A program made the position numbers and the translations under genes. 64,000 bases of DNA, taken from the NCBI RefSeq assembly GCF_044704955.1, contig NC_091995.1:99882001-99946000 (forward strand), read 5' to 3'. The notes under the pieces are model-generated. The model was not told where the DNA came from and did no database searches. It worked only from the letters and a program-made list of their open reading frames with translations. Positions 37,697-50,179 of this stretch are shown here, in pieces. This DNA comes from Pristiophorus japonicus. Its lineage: Eukaryota. Position 1 is the first letter of the stretch. Every line of letters begins with the position of its first letter.

Positions 37697-40458
37697 TATT
37701 GGGGTCTCTCTCTCTCTCTCCGAGTATTGGGTCTCTCTCTCACTCTCTCCGTGTATTGGGGTCTCTCCCTCTTCGTGTATTTGGGTCTCTCTCTCTCTCT
37801 CCGTGTATTGGGGTCTCTCCCTCTCCGTGTATTGGGGTCTCTCTCTCTCTCCGTGTATTGGGGTCTCTCTCTCTCTCCGTGTATTGGGGTCTCTCTCTCT
37901 CTCCGTGTATTGGGGTTTCTCTCTCTCTCCGTGTATTGGGGTCTCTCTCTCTCTCCGTGTATTGGGGTCTCTCTCTCACTCCGTGTATTGGGGTCTCTCT
38001 CTCCGTGTATTGGGGTTTCTCTCTCTCTCTGTGTCGTGGGGTCTCTCTCTCTGTGTATTGGGGTCTCTCTCCGTTTATTGGGGGGTCTCTCTCTCTCCGT
38101 GTATTGGGGTTTCTCTCTCTCTCTCTCCGTGTATTGGGGTCGCTCTCTCTCTCCGTTTATTGGGGTCTCTCTCTCTCTCCGTGTATTGGGGTCTCTCTCA
38201 CTCCGTGTATTGGGGTCTCTCTCTCCGTGTATTGGGGTCTCTCTCTCCGTGTATTGGGGTCTCTCTCACCGTGTATTGGGGTCTCTCCGTTTATTGGGGG
38301 GTCTCTCTCTCTCCTTGTATTGGGGTTTCTCTCTCTCTCTGTGTATTGGGGTCTCTCTCTCCGTTTATTGGGGGGGTCTCTCTCTCTCCGTGTATTGGGG
38401 TTTCTCTCTCTCTCTCTCCGTGTATTGGGGTCTCTCTCTCTCTCCGTGTATTGGGGTCTCTCTCTCTCTCCGTGTATTGGGGTCTCTCTCTCTCTCCGTG
38501 TATTGGGGTCTCTCTCTCTCCGTGTATTGGGGTCTCTCTCTCCGTGTATTGGGGTCTCTCTCTCCGTTTATTGGGGGGTCTCTCTCTCTCTCCGTTTATT
38601 GGGGGGTCTCTCTCTCTCTCCGTGTATTGGGGTCTCTCTCTCTCTCCGTGTATTGGGGTCTCTCTCTCTCTCCGTGTATTGGGGTCTCTCTCTCTCTCCG
38701 TGTATTGGGGTCTCTCTCTCACTCCGTGTATTGGGGTGGGTCTCTCCGTGTATTGGGGTCTCTCTCTCTCCGTGTATTGGGGTCTCTCTCTCTCTCTCCG
38801 TGTATTGGGTTCTCTCTCTCTCTCTCTCTCCACGTATTGATGTCTCCTTCTCTCTCTCTCTCTCTCTCTCTCCGTGTATTGGGGTCTCTCTCTCTCTCCG
38901 TGTATTGGGGTCTCTCTCTCCGTGTATTGGGGTCTCTCTCTCTCTCCGTGTATTGGGGTCTCTCTCTCTCTCCGTGTATTGGGGTCTCTCTCTCACTCCG
39001 TGTATTGGGGTCTCTCTCTCCATGTATTGGGGTCTCTCTCTCCGTGTATTGGGGTCTCTCTCTCCATTTATTGGGGGGTCTCTCTCTCCATTTATTGGGG
39101 GGTCTCTCTCTCTCCTTGTATTGGAGTTTCTCTCTCTCTCTGTGTATTGGGGTCTCTCTCTCCGTTTATTGGGGGGTCTCTCTCTCTCCGTGTATTGGGG
39201 TCTCTCTCTCTCTCTCTGTGTATTGGGGTCTCTCTCTCTCTCCGTGTATTGGGGTCTCTCTCTCACTCCGTGTATTGGGGTCTCTCCGTGTATTGGGGTT
39301 TCTCTCTCTCTCTGTGTATTGGGGTCTCTCTCTCCGTTTATTGGGGGGGTCTCTCTCTCTCCGTGTATTGGGGTTTCTCTCTCTCTCTCTCCGTGTATTG
39401 GGGTCTCTCTCTCTCTCTCCGTGTATTGGGGTCTCTCTCTCTCTCCGTGTATTGGGGTCTCTCTCTCTCCGTGTATTGGGGTCTCTCTCTCACTCCGTGT
39501 ATTGGGGTCTCTCTCTCCGTGTCTTGGGGTCTCTCTCTCCGTGTATTGGGGTCTCTCTCTCCGTTTATTGCGGGGTCTCTCTCTCTCCTTGTGTTGGGGT
39601 TTCTCTCTCTCTCTGTGTATTGGGGTCTCTCTCTCCGTTTATTGGGGGGTCTCTCTCTCTCCGTGTATTGGGGTTTCTCTCTCTCTCTCTCCGTGTATTG
39701 GGGTCTCTCTCTCTCTCCGTGTATTGGGGTCTCTCTCTCTCTCCGTGTATTGGGGTCTCTCTCTCTCACCGTGTATTGGGGTCTCTCTCTCTCCGTGTAT
39801 TGGGGTTTCTCTCTCTCTCTCTCTCTCTCCGTGTATTGGGGTTTCTCTCTCTCTCTCTCTCTCCGTGTATTGGGGTCTTTCTCTCTCTCTCTCTCCATGT
39901 ATTGGGGTCTCTCTCTCTCCGTGTATTGGGGTTTCTCTCTCTCTCTCCGTGTATTGGGGTCTCTCTCTCTCTCCCTCTCTCTCCGTGTATTGGGGTCTCT
40001 CTCTCTCTCCGTGTATTGGGGTCTCTCTCTCTTCGTGTATTGGGGTCTCTCTCTCTCTCCGTGTATTGGGGTTTCTCTCTCTCTCTCTCTCTCTCTCCGT
40101 GTATTGGGGTTTCTCTCTCTCTCTCTCCGTGTATTGGGGTCTCTCTCTCTCTCCGTGTATTGGGGTTTCTGTCTCTCTCTCCGTGTATTGGGGTCTCTCT
40201 CTCTCTCTCTCCGTGTATTGGGGTCTCTCTCTCCATTTATTGGGGGGTCTCTCTCTCTCCGTGTATTGGGGTCTCTCTCTCCATTTATTGGGGGGTAACT
40301 CTCTCTCCTTGTATTGGGGTCTCTCTCTCCGTTTATTGGGGGGTCTCTCTCTCTCCTTGTATTGGGGTCTCTCTCTCTCTCTCTCTCTCCGTATATTGGG
40401 GTCTGTCTCTCTCCGTGTATTGGAGTCTCTCTCACTCACTCCGTGTATTGGGGTCTCT
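31245..40458. repeat. 9.2-kb compound repeat CCGTGTATTGGGGT(CT)n
   Basis: Hundreds of units made of a 14-nt core plus a variable CT microsatellite. Ends at the RPS11 promoter. Confidence 0.98.
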
Positions 40459-40460
40459 GG

Positions 40461-40648
40461 AGCATGCGCAGTGACAATGAGACGGCGTGGCCAATATGGC
40501 GGCGCCCAGTCCGACCTCATTCGCCCAGCAGCCGTAGCGACGCGCACAACTTCCGCCCTAAAGATGCGTCACTTCCCGCCGTGTGGAGGTGCTTAAGAGA
40601 CCCCGTGGCCCAGCCTCGCTCTTTCTCCCGGAGCGCGGCAACAACAAC
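40461..40648 (+). promoter_or_regulatory. RPS11 promoter and 5'TOP/TCT initiator
   Basis: NRF1-like GCATGCGCA (40462), CCAAT (40491), YY1 ATGGCGG (40496), ETS-type ACTTCCG (~40549) and pyrimidine tract CTCTTTCTCCC (40619-40629) about 30 nt before the ATG. This is typical of ribosomal-protein promoters. Confidence 0.85.
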
Positions 40649-40663
40649 ATGGCGGACACTCAG
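40649..40663 (+). CDS. RPS11: 40S ribosomal protein S11 exon 1 (MADTQ)
   Basis: AACATGG Kozak context; donor CAG|GTACC. Confidence 0.93.
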
Positions 40664-40669
40664 GTACCC

Positions 40670-40895
40670 GGGGGGGGAGAGGCCTGGGGGCCGGGCCCCG
40701 GGGGGGGAGAGGGACTGGGCCCCGGGGGGAGAGGGCCCGGGGCCGGGGGGAGAGGCCGGGCCCCGGGGGGGAGAGGGACTGGGCCCCGGGGGGAGAGGCC
40801 GGGCCCCGGGGGGGAGAGGGACTGGGGGCCGGGGGGGGAGAGGCCGGGCCCCGGGGGGGAGAGGCCGGGCCCCGGGGGGAGGGGAGCCTGGGGCC
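40670..40895. repeat. G-rich ~22-bp tandem repeat (GGCCGGGCCCCGGGGGGAGA) in RPS11 intron 1
   Basis: Direct repeats with G-runs. Confidence 0.85.
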
Positions 40896-40944
40896 GGGAT
40901 AGTGAGAGGCCGGGGAGCGGTGGAGGGGGAAGCCGGCACAGGGT

Positions 40945-41360
40945 ATCGGTGACACACCTGGAGTACTGCGGGCAGTTATAGTTTCCATATTTACAGAGGG
41001 ATAAACTTGTTTTGGAGGCAGTTCAGAGAAGGGTCACTGGGTCACTCGGGGGTTGAGGGGGATTCCGGGGATGAGGGGGATTCCGGGGTTGACTTATGAG
41101 GAGATGTTGAGGAGTTGGGCCTTTACACATTGGATTTCAGGGCTGTAAATCTGTGGAATTCGCTGCCCCGAGAGCTGTGGAGGCTGGTCATTGAATATAT
41201 TTAAGACAGAAATAGACAGTTTCTGAACCGATAAGGGGTTCTGGGGAGCGGGCGGGGAAGTGGAGCTGAGTCAATGATCGATCAGCCCTGGTCGTATTAA
41301 ATGGCGGAGCAGGCTCGAGGGGCCGAATGGCCGACTCCTGCTCCTGTTGTATGTTATGTA
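40945..41360 (+). mobile_element. Degenerate CR1 3' fragment in RPS11 intron 1
   Basis: CACACCTGGAGTACTGCG and AATGGCGGAGCAGGCTCGAGGGGCCGAATGG match other CR1 copies in the window. Confidence 0.85.
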
Positions 41361-41732
41361 TGGGGGGGGGGGGGGGGGCGGGAGAAGGCCCGGCTCGATA
41401 GGATGACAGGAAATATGGGACAGACCACTCGATCCAACGGCCATTTATTCTCCACTCCAGCCTCCTCCTGTCCTTTATTTAAATCTATCTGCATAACCCC
41501 CTATTCCCCCCCTCCCTCATAGCAGGCATCTTCCTCCCCCTTTCACTCTGTGTCCCTCACTTTCTAACACTTTCCATCTCTCTGTTGCACTGGTTAACAC
41601 CGGGTTTAACAGCTGCTTCCTGGCTGGATGGGTTCAGGCAGCTCCCAGATCCACCATCTCTCCTGTCTGGCAGTTTGTGGGGCCGCAGACTCTCTGTAAC
41701 CCTCAGCGTGTTTTCCTTTCCCTCCACTGCAG

Positions 41733-41864
41733 ACCGAGCGAGCTTACCAGAAGCAGCCCACCATCTTCCAGAACAAGAAGCGAGCACTGGTGGGTGAGGG
41801 CAGTAAGGAGAAGCTTCCTCGCTACTATCGCAACGTGGGCCTGGGCTTCAAGACTCCGCGAGAG
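41733..41864 (+). CDS. RPS11: RPS11 exon 2 ([17 protein letters not shown]...GLGFKTPRE)
   Basis: AG at 41731-32, GT at 41865; recognisable uS17/RPS11 sequence. Confidence 0.97.
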
Positions 41865-42292
41865 GTGAGGCTGCCAGGCCGGCTGGCCATGGGGGAGCTA
41901 CGGGGGGCAGGGGGGGGGTCTTGGCTGGGACGTTGGTGCAGGCTCTGGGAACCATCTTTACTTGTATGAAAGTTTTAATCTGGCTGAGGGATTACCCATT
42001 GGTGTCCCTGTTTCAGCACCTCCCTGGGGCATGGGCTGAGGAGTCAGTGGGTTGGTGTTCCCACTGGAGCCACTGCTTCAGATTGATTGTTCGCCCCAGT
42101 TCTGTAGAAAGGTCCCAAGGCAGCTAAAGGGGTGGTTTGTGAGCGGCAGGTTTACTGATGGAACCTGATTCTGAGTCTGGAATCAGCCAGTGAGGTCATT
42201 AACCCACAGTCCCCGCACTGTATTACCGAGCCTCTCGTTTCTGCTCTGGCCCAGTGTTGGGCTTGCTGCGTGTAAAGGTGGCAGGCATCAGG

Positions 42293-42378
42293 GCTACAAA
42301 TGATGTTCATTCTCACGATGGTCTTCCAAGTCTCTCGAAGGCACTGACGACATTGCCTGATGGCTTTACTGATGCAGC
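42293..42378 (+). ncRNA. SNORD35: Box C/D snoRNA SNORD35 (U35) in RPS11 intron 2
   Basis: C box ATGATG (42300), guide TCTCACGATGGTCT complementary to the conserved 28S rRNA AGACCGUCGUGAGA, D box CTGA (42369-72), terminal stem GCTACA/TGCAGC, about 75 nt upstream of the 3' splice site. RPS11 is an established U35 host. Confidence 0.88.
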
Positions 42379-42453
42379 TCTTGCAGCAACCAGCCTCGCT
42401 CCCTCGGTTCCTCGCCTTCCCTCACGTGTCGCGTGCTCCTTTCTGTCTCCTAG

Positions 42454-42585
<132 letters not shown>

Positions 42586-43288
42586 TGAGGTGGGGCACTG
42601 CCATTCGATGGGCATACTGGCCCTGGGTGGGCCTGGATCGCTGCCTCTCCACCCTCAACCCCGCCAGCAATACAGTGGTTGCCCTGGACAGTCGGTCACT
42701 GGCTGGTGATGTAGAGTGGCTGGCCCGGCCTCTGATCCTATTGATGGGGAACCCGAGACCTGGGGTGGTTTGTAGAGCAGTGTATAAAGGGCCCATTCTG
42801 TCTATCACAGCAATCCTTGTTGGTTGGTATCAGCACAGGTACCCAATTGGCCCCAGAGCCCTGGGTGGAAATGCCAGTCCCCATTCCTGACGGCGGTCCG
42901 TGAGGACTGAGAATAGGATCAGGACTGTCACTGGGAGAACTGAGTGTAAAACTCTGTGCTGAGTGTAAAAGTGGAGCTCTGTTGTGAGAGATGCTTTAAT
43001 GTTGCCTGGCATTGTCGTGTGTTCACAGACCCAGGCCTCCGATGTCCGTCTTCGGTGAGCTTTAATTGTCGCAGTAAATGGGGAGGGGGGTGTCTATACC
43101 ACGACGCAGTCAGTGGAGGCTCAGCTCTTCCCCTCGAGGAGGGGATAGAAAGCGTTTCCACTCATGCCATCCTTCTGATGTTTGCTTCTATCCCACCTCT
43201 GGGTCTCGGGTCACTGAATACCCCAGAGCCTCAGTGTGTCCATTCCTGCCCTCATACCTCGCATTGTGTTCTGTTTTAGGGTTTGTGA

Positions 43289-43585
<297 letters not shown>

Positions 43586-44308
43586 TGAGTGTTGTTGGTG
43601 ATGCTGAAACTCAGTGGTCTGCAGAGCTCCCGCGGGATTCCCCGAGCACTTCAGATCTGTCTCTCTGTCTGTGAGTGGAAAGTGTTGAGCGTTTCACATA
43701 ATGTACAGCCTCACCCTGTCACATAACCCTTCCCCATTGGAGACACTCCTGGTTCTGATCAGATTTGATGCTGGTTGCGATATTTGTGTAGAATGGCACT
43801 CTGGTTATATGTTTGTCCCGTCAGTGTGTACCAGGAGGGGGTGGGTGATGCTGGCAGGAACGTGCTGTCCCGGCTGAAATTGACCTCCGCACCCGCACCA
43901 GGCAGTGCATTTACCCAAAGGGCCACCCAGGGGCTGGCTCGACTTTGGTTTTAAACCTTTGAAATAGCTTCTCTTTTCCCATTTCCCCTCGATTGCTAAT
44001 GAGAGGGTCTATCGGAACCCCGTACTTATCGCTCATTATCGGGTCCCTGATCGCCCATTGACTGCAGCCGGACCAGACACTGTCCCTAACTTCCGATCTG
44101 CAGTATGTGGGGTCGAATACAGAGCATGAGCCGGGGCGATGGCCACATAGGTCTTGAGTTCGCCAGTGCTTGGTCGGGACAGTACTGGTTGAAGTGCAAT
44201 GAACGGGGTCCTGCTCCCGATCCTGTTGGTGTGAGAGTCTGATTGATGTCGGCAGTGATGCCTCGCCCGATTCTGTGAGCTGCTGGCACTGTTGAGGGTC
44301 CCATGTGA

Positions 44309-44593
<285 letters not shown>

Positions 44594-44619
44594 GTGTGAT
44601 TGTAAGGTGAATTAACCAC

Positions 44620-44625
44620 AATAAA
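44620..44625 (+). terminator. RPS11 polyadenylation signal AATAAA
   Basis: 27 nt after the stop codon. Confidence 0.85.
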
Positions 44626-44904
44626 CCCTTTGTGAAAAAACTCCATGTCTCCAGACACTGGGTCGAAGGTTAAATCAGCACGGCAGTCGAGTGTTGGTGG
44701 TGCATTTTATTTTTGAGGAATTTGATCGTGTTTGGTTTCAGTACATGGTCTCGATAAACATTGTAGCCCACTTCCCCAGGGGTTAAAAAAAGGGGTTAGG
44801 GGCACATGGGATTGTGGTGCATCGATGTTCAGCGTTTCGGGATAATTCCCCCTCCATTTGATTGGTGGAGTCACTGTCCTGGCCCACTCTGGTTCCTGAC
44901 CATA

Positions 44905-46032
44905 TGATGCCATACACAAGATAAAAGTTCACGGGATTGGGGGTAATATATTAGCATGGATAGAAGATTGTCTCACTAACAGAAAACAGAGAGTCGGGAT
45001 AAATGGTTCATTCTCGGGTTGGCAATCAGTAACTAGTGGGGTGCCGCAGGGATCAGTGCTGGGACTCCAACTATTTACAATCTATATTAACGACTTGGAA
45101 GAAGGGACTGAGTGTAACGTAGCCAAGTTTGCTGACAATACAAAGATGGGAGGAAAAGCAATGTGTGAGGAGGACACAAAAAATCTGCAAAAGGACATAG
45201 ACAGGCTCAGTGAGTGGGCAAAAATTTGGCAGATGGAGTATAATGTTGGAAAGTGAGAGATTATCCACTTTAGCAGAAAAAAATCAAAGAGCAAGTTATT
45301 ATTTAAATGGAGAAAGATTGCAAAGTGCTGCAGTACAGCGAGACCTGGGGGTACTTGTGCATGAAACACAAAAGAATAGTATGCAGGTACAGCAAGTGGT
45401 ATCTTGGCCTTTATTGCAAAGGGGGATGGAGTATAAAAGCAGGGAAGTCTTGCTATAGCTATACAGGGTATTGGTGAGGCCACACCTGGAGTACTGCGTG
45501 CAGTTTTGGTCTCCGTATTTACGAAAGAATATACTTGCTTTGGAGGCAGTTAAGAGAAGGTTCACTCGGTTGATTCTAGGGATGAGGGGTTGACTTATGA
45601 GGAAAGGTTGAGGAGGTTGGGCCTCTACTCATTGGAATTCAGAAGAATGAGAGGTGATCTTATCGAAACGTATAAGATTATGAGGGGGCTTGACAAGGTG
45701 GATGCAGAGAGGATGTTTCCTCTGATGGGGGAGACTGGAACTAGGGGGCATGGTCTTAGAATAAGGGGCCGTCCGTTTAAAACTGAGATGAGGAGAAATG
45801 TCTCCTCTCAGAGAAGGAATCTCTGGAATTCACTGCCTCAGAGAGCTGTGGAAGCTGGGACATTGAATAAATTTAAGACAGAAATAGACAGTTTCTTAAC
45901 CGATAAGGGGTTATGGGGAGAGGGCGGGGAAGTGGAGCTGAGTCCATGATTGGATCAGCCATGGTCGTATTGAATGGCGGAGCAGGCTCGAGGGGTCGAA
46001 TAGCCTTCTGTTCCTATTTCTTGTTGTTCTTG
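44905..46032 (+). mobile_element. 5'-truncated CR1 LINE between RPS11 and DHDH
   Basis: [21 protein letters not shown]1 C-terminus and tail; contains stops and deletions. Confidence 0.94.
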
Positions 46033-46480
46033 TATATCTGGACTGATGGAGTCAGACTGAGGGCATGAGTGGCTCAAAGAACTGGTCTTTGTGGGATCCT
46101 GCTGTGCCAGTCAGCTGCTGCTAACGGTGGGGGAGGGGGACACACTCCTGGGCACCAGCCACTGGGTCACTCCCGAACTCTGGTATGGGGAGCCCTTGGG
46201 GTGTGGGGGGGGGCGGCGGGGAGAGAGCACTTGGTGTCTGGGGGGGGGGGGGGGGCCTTGGTGTCTGGGGGGGGGGGGGCCCTTGGTGTCTGGGGGGGGG
46301 GGGAGCCCTTGGTGTCTGGGGCGGGGGTGGGAGGGAACGCCGAGTGGGGGGGGGGAGGGCTGGGGCGGGGGGCCTGATGATTTTATTTAGCCTCCCGTGT
46401 CCTGCCCCAATCTCTCTGATCACTGAGCCCAGGCGGTGGGTGGAACCTGGCCGTATGCTGTGCTGGTCGGGTGAGTAATG

Positions 46481-46486
46481 TTTATT
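46481..46486 (-). terminator. Probable DHDH polyadenylation signal AATAAA
   Basis: Plus-strand TTTATT about 130 nt past the stop; a second copy at 46382-46387. Confidence 0.65.
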
Positions 46487-46613
46487 AAGGAGCTGTATTC
46501 CCCAGGGTCCTTTGTCGAAGTCTGTGCCGTGAGATTGGCCTCGGGTCCGTGGAGTTCCCCGTGATTCAGTGCCTGCAGTGGGTACCAGGGCCTCTGGTGT
46601 TGTGGTGTGGCCT

Positions 46614-46723
46614 TCACGCTGTGTCCTGGTGGTACACCACCCCCAGCTGTCGCCGAGCCTCATCCATAATGCTCACAATCAGCTCGCTCTCTGCCAGTGG
46701 CATTTGGGGACTTTCCTTCAGCC
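46614..46723 (-). CDS. DHDH: DHDH exon 7 ([36 protein letters not shown])
   Basis: Acceptor TCTGCAG, stop TGA at 46616-46614. Confidence 0.9.
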
Positions 46724-46996
46724 CTGCAGATCAAACAGAACAAATGTAACTGGGTCACAGTCGTACTGCTCTCCCTCCATGGGCCCGAGGGGCAGCTGAC
46801 TCCAGCTAATGCCACAGCATGCAATCCCAATACGTGGTCTGGCAGGGAGCAGTGCCTGGGCCAGATTCATCTCGTGTGTGTGTGTGCCCCCCCTCCCCCC
46901 CCCCCCCCCCCCCCCAACCAGTTAGAAAGGGGCACTCAGTCGGACTCTCCCATCCCAGCTGGATTATGCCATTCAGCGGGAGGGGTGGGCAGTTAC

Positions 46997-47147
46997 CTTT
47001 CTGAAGACACTGCCGCACTTCCTCAGCTTCGTACCGCAGACCGGTGCTGTTGGTGAAGTTGATGGGTTGAGACGGAGCCGGCAGTGGGAACTCCTGGACA
47101 TTGCCGTTCACCACCAGACTCGTGGGGCACCACATACACCCCGGGAT
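46997..47147 (-). CDS. DHDH: DHDH exon 6 ([11 protein letters not shown]...[21 protein letters not shown])
   Basis: AG acceptor and GTAACT donor; 151 nt; frame consistent. Confidence 0.92.
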
Positions 47148-47612
47148 CTTGGGAGGAAGAACAAGTGTCACAACAGAATTATAGCTTTTCAGTGTTGCTG
47201 GAAGAGATGGTTCGGAGAGTGGGACACTTTACAAAGCAGCAGTGGTCTGAGGTCCCAGTGTCTGATGACTGCGGCTGGAAACTGTCAGTGTCTAGACTTG
47301 CTTCAGTGTCTAGACTCGGGGTGAAGAGGATATCTGGCTCTGCAAACAGTCAATGGGCTCACACATGAACAGGCACTTGGGTGAGGTACAGGTGCCCATG
47401 GAACTGTACCCAGCGCACTCCGTACTAATGGGGGTGAATTATCGATTCCCGTGGTATTCTTGTTGAGCGAGTGCCGGGAGCCCAGAGAGAAAGATATCAA
47501 ATGTCTCCGCTCAGCATTGTCGGGTAATTATACCACAGGTCCATCGGCAAAAGCAAGGTACAGCACTCCACACACGACAGACAGACAGAGAGAGAGAGAG
47601 AGAGCTACTTAC

Positions 47613-47737
47613 TGTGATAGTCCCCTTTGTCCCACTGATGGTTGCCTGATTCGGAAGCTGGACTGCCATGCTTACAGTTACTACAGCCATTCGTTTTCTG
47701 GAGTACTTCAGCACAATGGTCACTGCTTCATCAACAC
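47613..47737 (-). CDS. DHDH: DHDH exon 5 (GVDEAVTIVLKYSRKRMA...ISGTKGTIT)
   Basis: CAG acceptor and GTAAGT donor; 125 nt. Confidence 0.92.
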
Positions 47738-47808
47738 CTGCACAGAAATGAGAACGGTGAGAAAACTACTCAGTCGGCTTGAAGGGCGGACTTGGGATGG
47801 CCGGTATA

Positions 47809-48342
47809 GCTCAGTGTCAGTGTTTACATGGCCTGTAACTCAGTGTCAGTGTTTACATGGCCTGTAACTCAGTGTCAGTGTTTACATGGCCTGTAACTCA
47901 GTGTCAGTGTTTACATGGCCTGTAACTCAGTGTCAGTGTTTACATGGCCTGTAACTCAGTGTCAGTGTTTACATGGCCTGTAACTCAGTGTCAGTATTTA
48001 CATGGCCTGTAACTCAGTGTCAGTATTTACATGGCCTGCAACTCAGTGTCAGTGTTTACATGGCCTGTAACTCAGTGTCAGTGTTTACATGGACTCTAAC
48101 TCAGTGTCAGTGTTTAAATGGCCTGTAACTCAGTGTCAGTGTTTACATGGCCGGTATTGCTCAGTGTCAGTGTTTACATGGCCGGTATTGCTCAGTGTCA
48201 GTGTTTACATGGACTCTAACTCAGTGTCAGTGTTTACATGGCCTGTAACTCAGTGTCAGTGTTTACATGGCCTGTAACTCAGTGTCAGTGTTTACATGGC
48301 CTGTAACTCAGTGTCAGTGTTTACATGGACTCTAACTCAGTG
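47809..48342. repeat. 29-bp minisatellite ACTCAGTGTCAGTGTTTACATGGCCTGTA in DHDH intron 4
   Basis: About 18 tandem units. Confidence 0.97.
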
Positions 48343-48421
48343 GGTGCGAAGCAGAGGTGAGAGATTTGGGGGCTTTTGAAGAGAGGCTAGGATACAATCT
48401 AATGGTTAATTTCACACTTGC

Positions 48422-48674
48422 CTTTCTCGGTGAGGAATCCTGTGGCATGGACAGACCCTGGCTCCTCACCATTGAACACCATGCAGACAAACTGCAAACA
48501 GTAGCAGCCAATGTCCAGGAGCACACCTCCACCCAACTCTTTCTCCATCAGCCGTGGTGTTCCCATCATATGTGTCCCAAACTCGGCTTTAACCATTTTA
48601 ATCTCTCCCACAGTGTTCTGGGACACGAGACAGCGGATGGCATTAGAGGCAGGGAAAAAACGAGTCCATAAACC
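48422..48674 (-). CDS. DHDH: DHDH exon 4 (GLWTRFFPA...LGGGVLLDIGCYCLQF...GFLTEK)
   Basis: Gfo/Idh/MocA GGxLLDxGxY motif; 253 nt; probable GC donor AAG|GCAAGT. Confidence 0.92.
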
Positions 48675-48739
48675 CTGTCAACACAACAGTCAAAAGTCAA
48701 GCAACAGAATGTAGCTCATTCCTAGAACCCACCTCCCAT

Positions 48740-49033
48740 CGCACTGTTGGAGGGGCAGTACTGAGGGAGCCCCGCACTGTCGGAGGGGCAGTGCTGAGGG
48801 AGCGCCGCACTGTCGGAGGGGCAGTGCTGAGGGAGCGCCGCACTGTCGGAGGGGCAGTACTGAGGGAGCCCCGCACTGTCGGAGGGGCAGTGCTGAGGGA
48901 GCCCCGCACTGTTGGAGGGGCGGTACTGAGGGAGGGCCACACTATCGGAGGGGCAGTACTGAAGGAGCACCGCACTGTCGGAGGGGCGGTACTGAGGGAG
49001 CGCCGCACTGTCGGAGGGGCGGTACTGAGGGAG
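48740..49033. repeat. 33-bp minisatellite CGCACTGTCGGAGGGGCAGTGCTGAGGGAGCGC
   Basis: About 9 tandem units in DHDH intron 3. Confidence 0.95.
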
Positions 49034-49073
49034 TGCCTCTTGTTTGCTAGTCCAATAAGTGGCATCACCACTC

Positions 49074-49433
49074 TCTATCTAACCCATACTGTTCCTGCCC
49101 TGGGAGTGTTTGATGGGACAGTGTTGAGGGAGCTTTACTCTGTATCTAACCCCGTGCTGTACCTGCCCTGGGAGTGTTTGATGGGAAGTGTAGAGGGAGC
49201 TTTACTCTGTATCTAACCCCGTGCTGTACCTGCCCTGGGAGTGTTTGATGGGGCAGTGTAGAGGGAGCTTTACTCTGTATCTAACACTGTGCTGTACCTG
49301 CCCTGGGAGTGTTTGATGGGACAGTGTAGAGGGAGCTTTACTCTGTATCTAACCCCCTGTACCTGCCCTGGGAGTGTTTGATGGGACAGTGTAGAGGGAG
49401 CTTTACTCTGTATCTAACCCCATGCTGTACCTG
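49074..49433. repeat. 68-bp satellite, same family as 30266-31191
   Basis: About 5 tandem units. Confidence 0.95.
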
Positions 49434-49550
49434 GCTTAAGGAAGGCCTGACACTGACACTGGGTGCCTGAAATGAGGCCTTGTTTTATTTCCCGGCGCGG
49501 GTTTCCTTCAGGTACAGGTTTGGAAAGCTATGTTTAATGAATGAAGTCAC

Positions 49551-49714
49551 CTCTATGAGGAAGAGATCATTGTCTCGGGCCGTACGGACTATCTGCTGCA
49601 CCTCCTTCAGATTCATGGCCATGGGCTTCTCACACAGAACGTTCTTGCCAGCCTGCAGCATGAGCAGGGCAACCCTCAGGTGCTGTGGGTTAATGGTTCC
49701 CAGGTAAATGATGT
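49551..49714 (-). CDS. DHDH: DHDH exon 3 (DIIYLGTINPQH...GKNVLCEKPMAMN...LFLIE)
   Basis: CEKP motif of the Gfo/Idh/MocA family; AG acceptor and GTGACT donor; 164 nt. Confidence 0.94.
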
Positions 49715-49754
49715 CTGCCAACCGAACAATTCAATGTTAGTCTCGCACAATCCT

Positions 49755-50172
49755 TTCCCTGCGTGAAGACATTTCCCCTCAAATCCCCTCTAAAGCTTCT
49801 ACCAATTACTTTAAACTATGCCCCCTGGTTATTGAACCCTCTGCAAAGGGAAATCGATCCTTCCTATCCACTCTATCCATAATTTTATCCACCTCAATCA
49901 GGTCTCCCCTCAGCCTCCTCTGTTCCAAAGAAAACAATCCCAGTCTATCCAACCATTCCTCATCGCTAAAATTCTCCAGTCCCAGCAACGTCCTTGTAAA
50001 TCTCCTCTGTACCTTCACATCTTTCTCCTCTGTACCCTCACCTGTGCAATCACATCTTTCCTACAATACGGTGACCAGAACTGCACGCAGTACTCCAGGT
50101 GTGGCCTAACCAGTGTTTTATACAGTTCAAGCATAACCTCCCTGCTCTTGTATTCTACGCCTCGGCCAATAA
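49755..50172 (-). mobile_element. CR1 fragment
   Basis: Minus translation QRRFTR...[18 protein letters not shown]. Confidence 0.85.
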
Positions 50173-50179
50173 AGGCAAG

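Noticed and set aside
31245-40458. CRISPR-like pattern of constant repeat plus variable spacer
   Set aside because: The spacers are only CT microsatellite of varying length, there are no cas genes, and the context is vertebrate. The other 29-68-bp arrays have no unique spacers.
31194-40596. ORFs of 1000-1600 aa rich in SL/ER
   Set aside because: Artefacts of the stop-poor (CT)n compound repeat.
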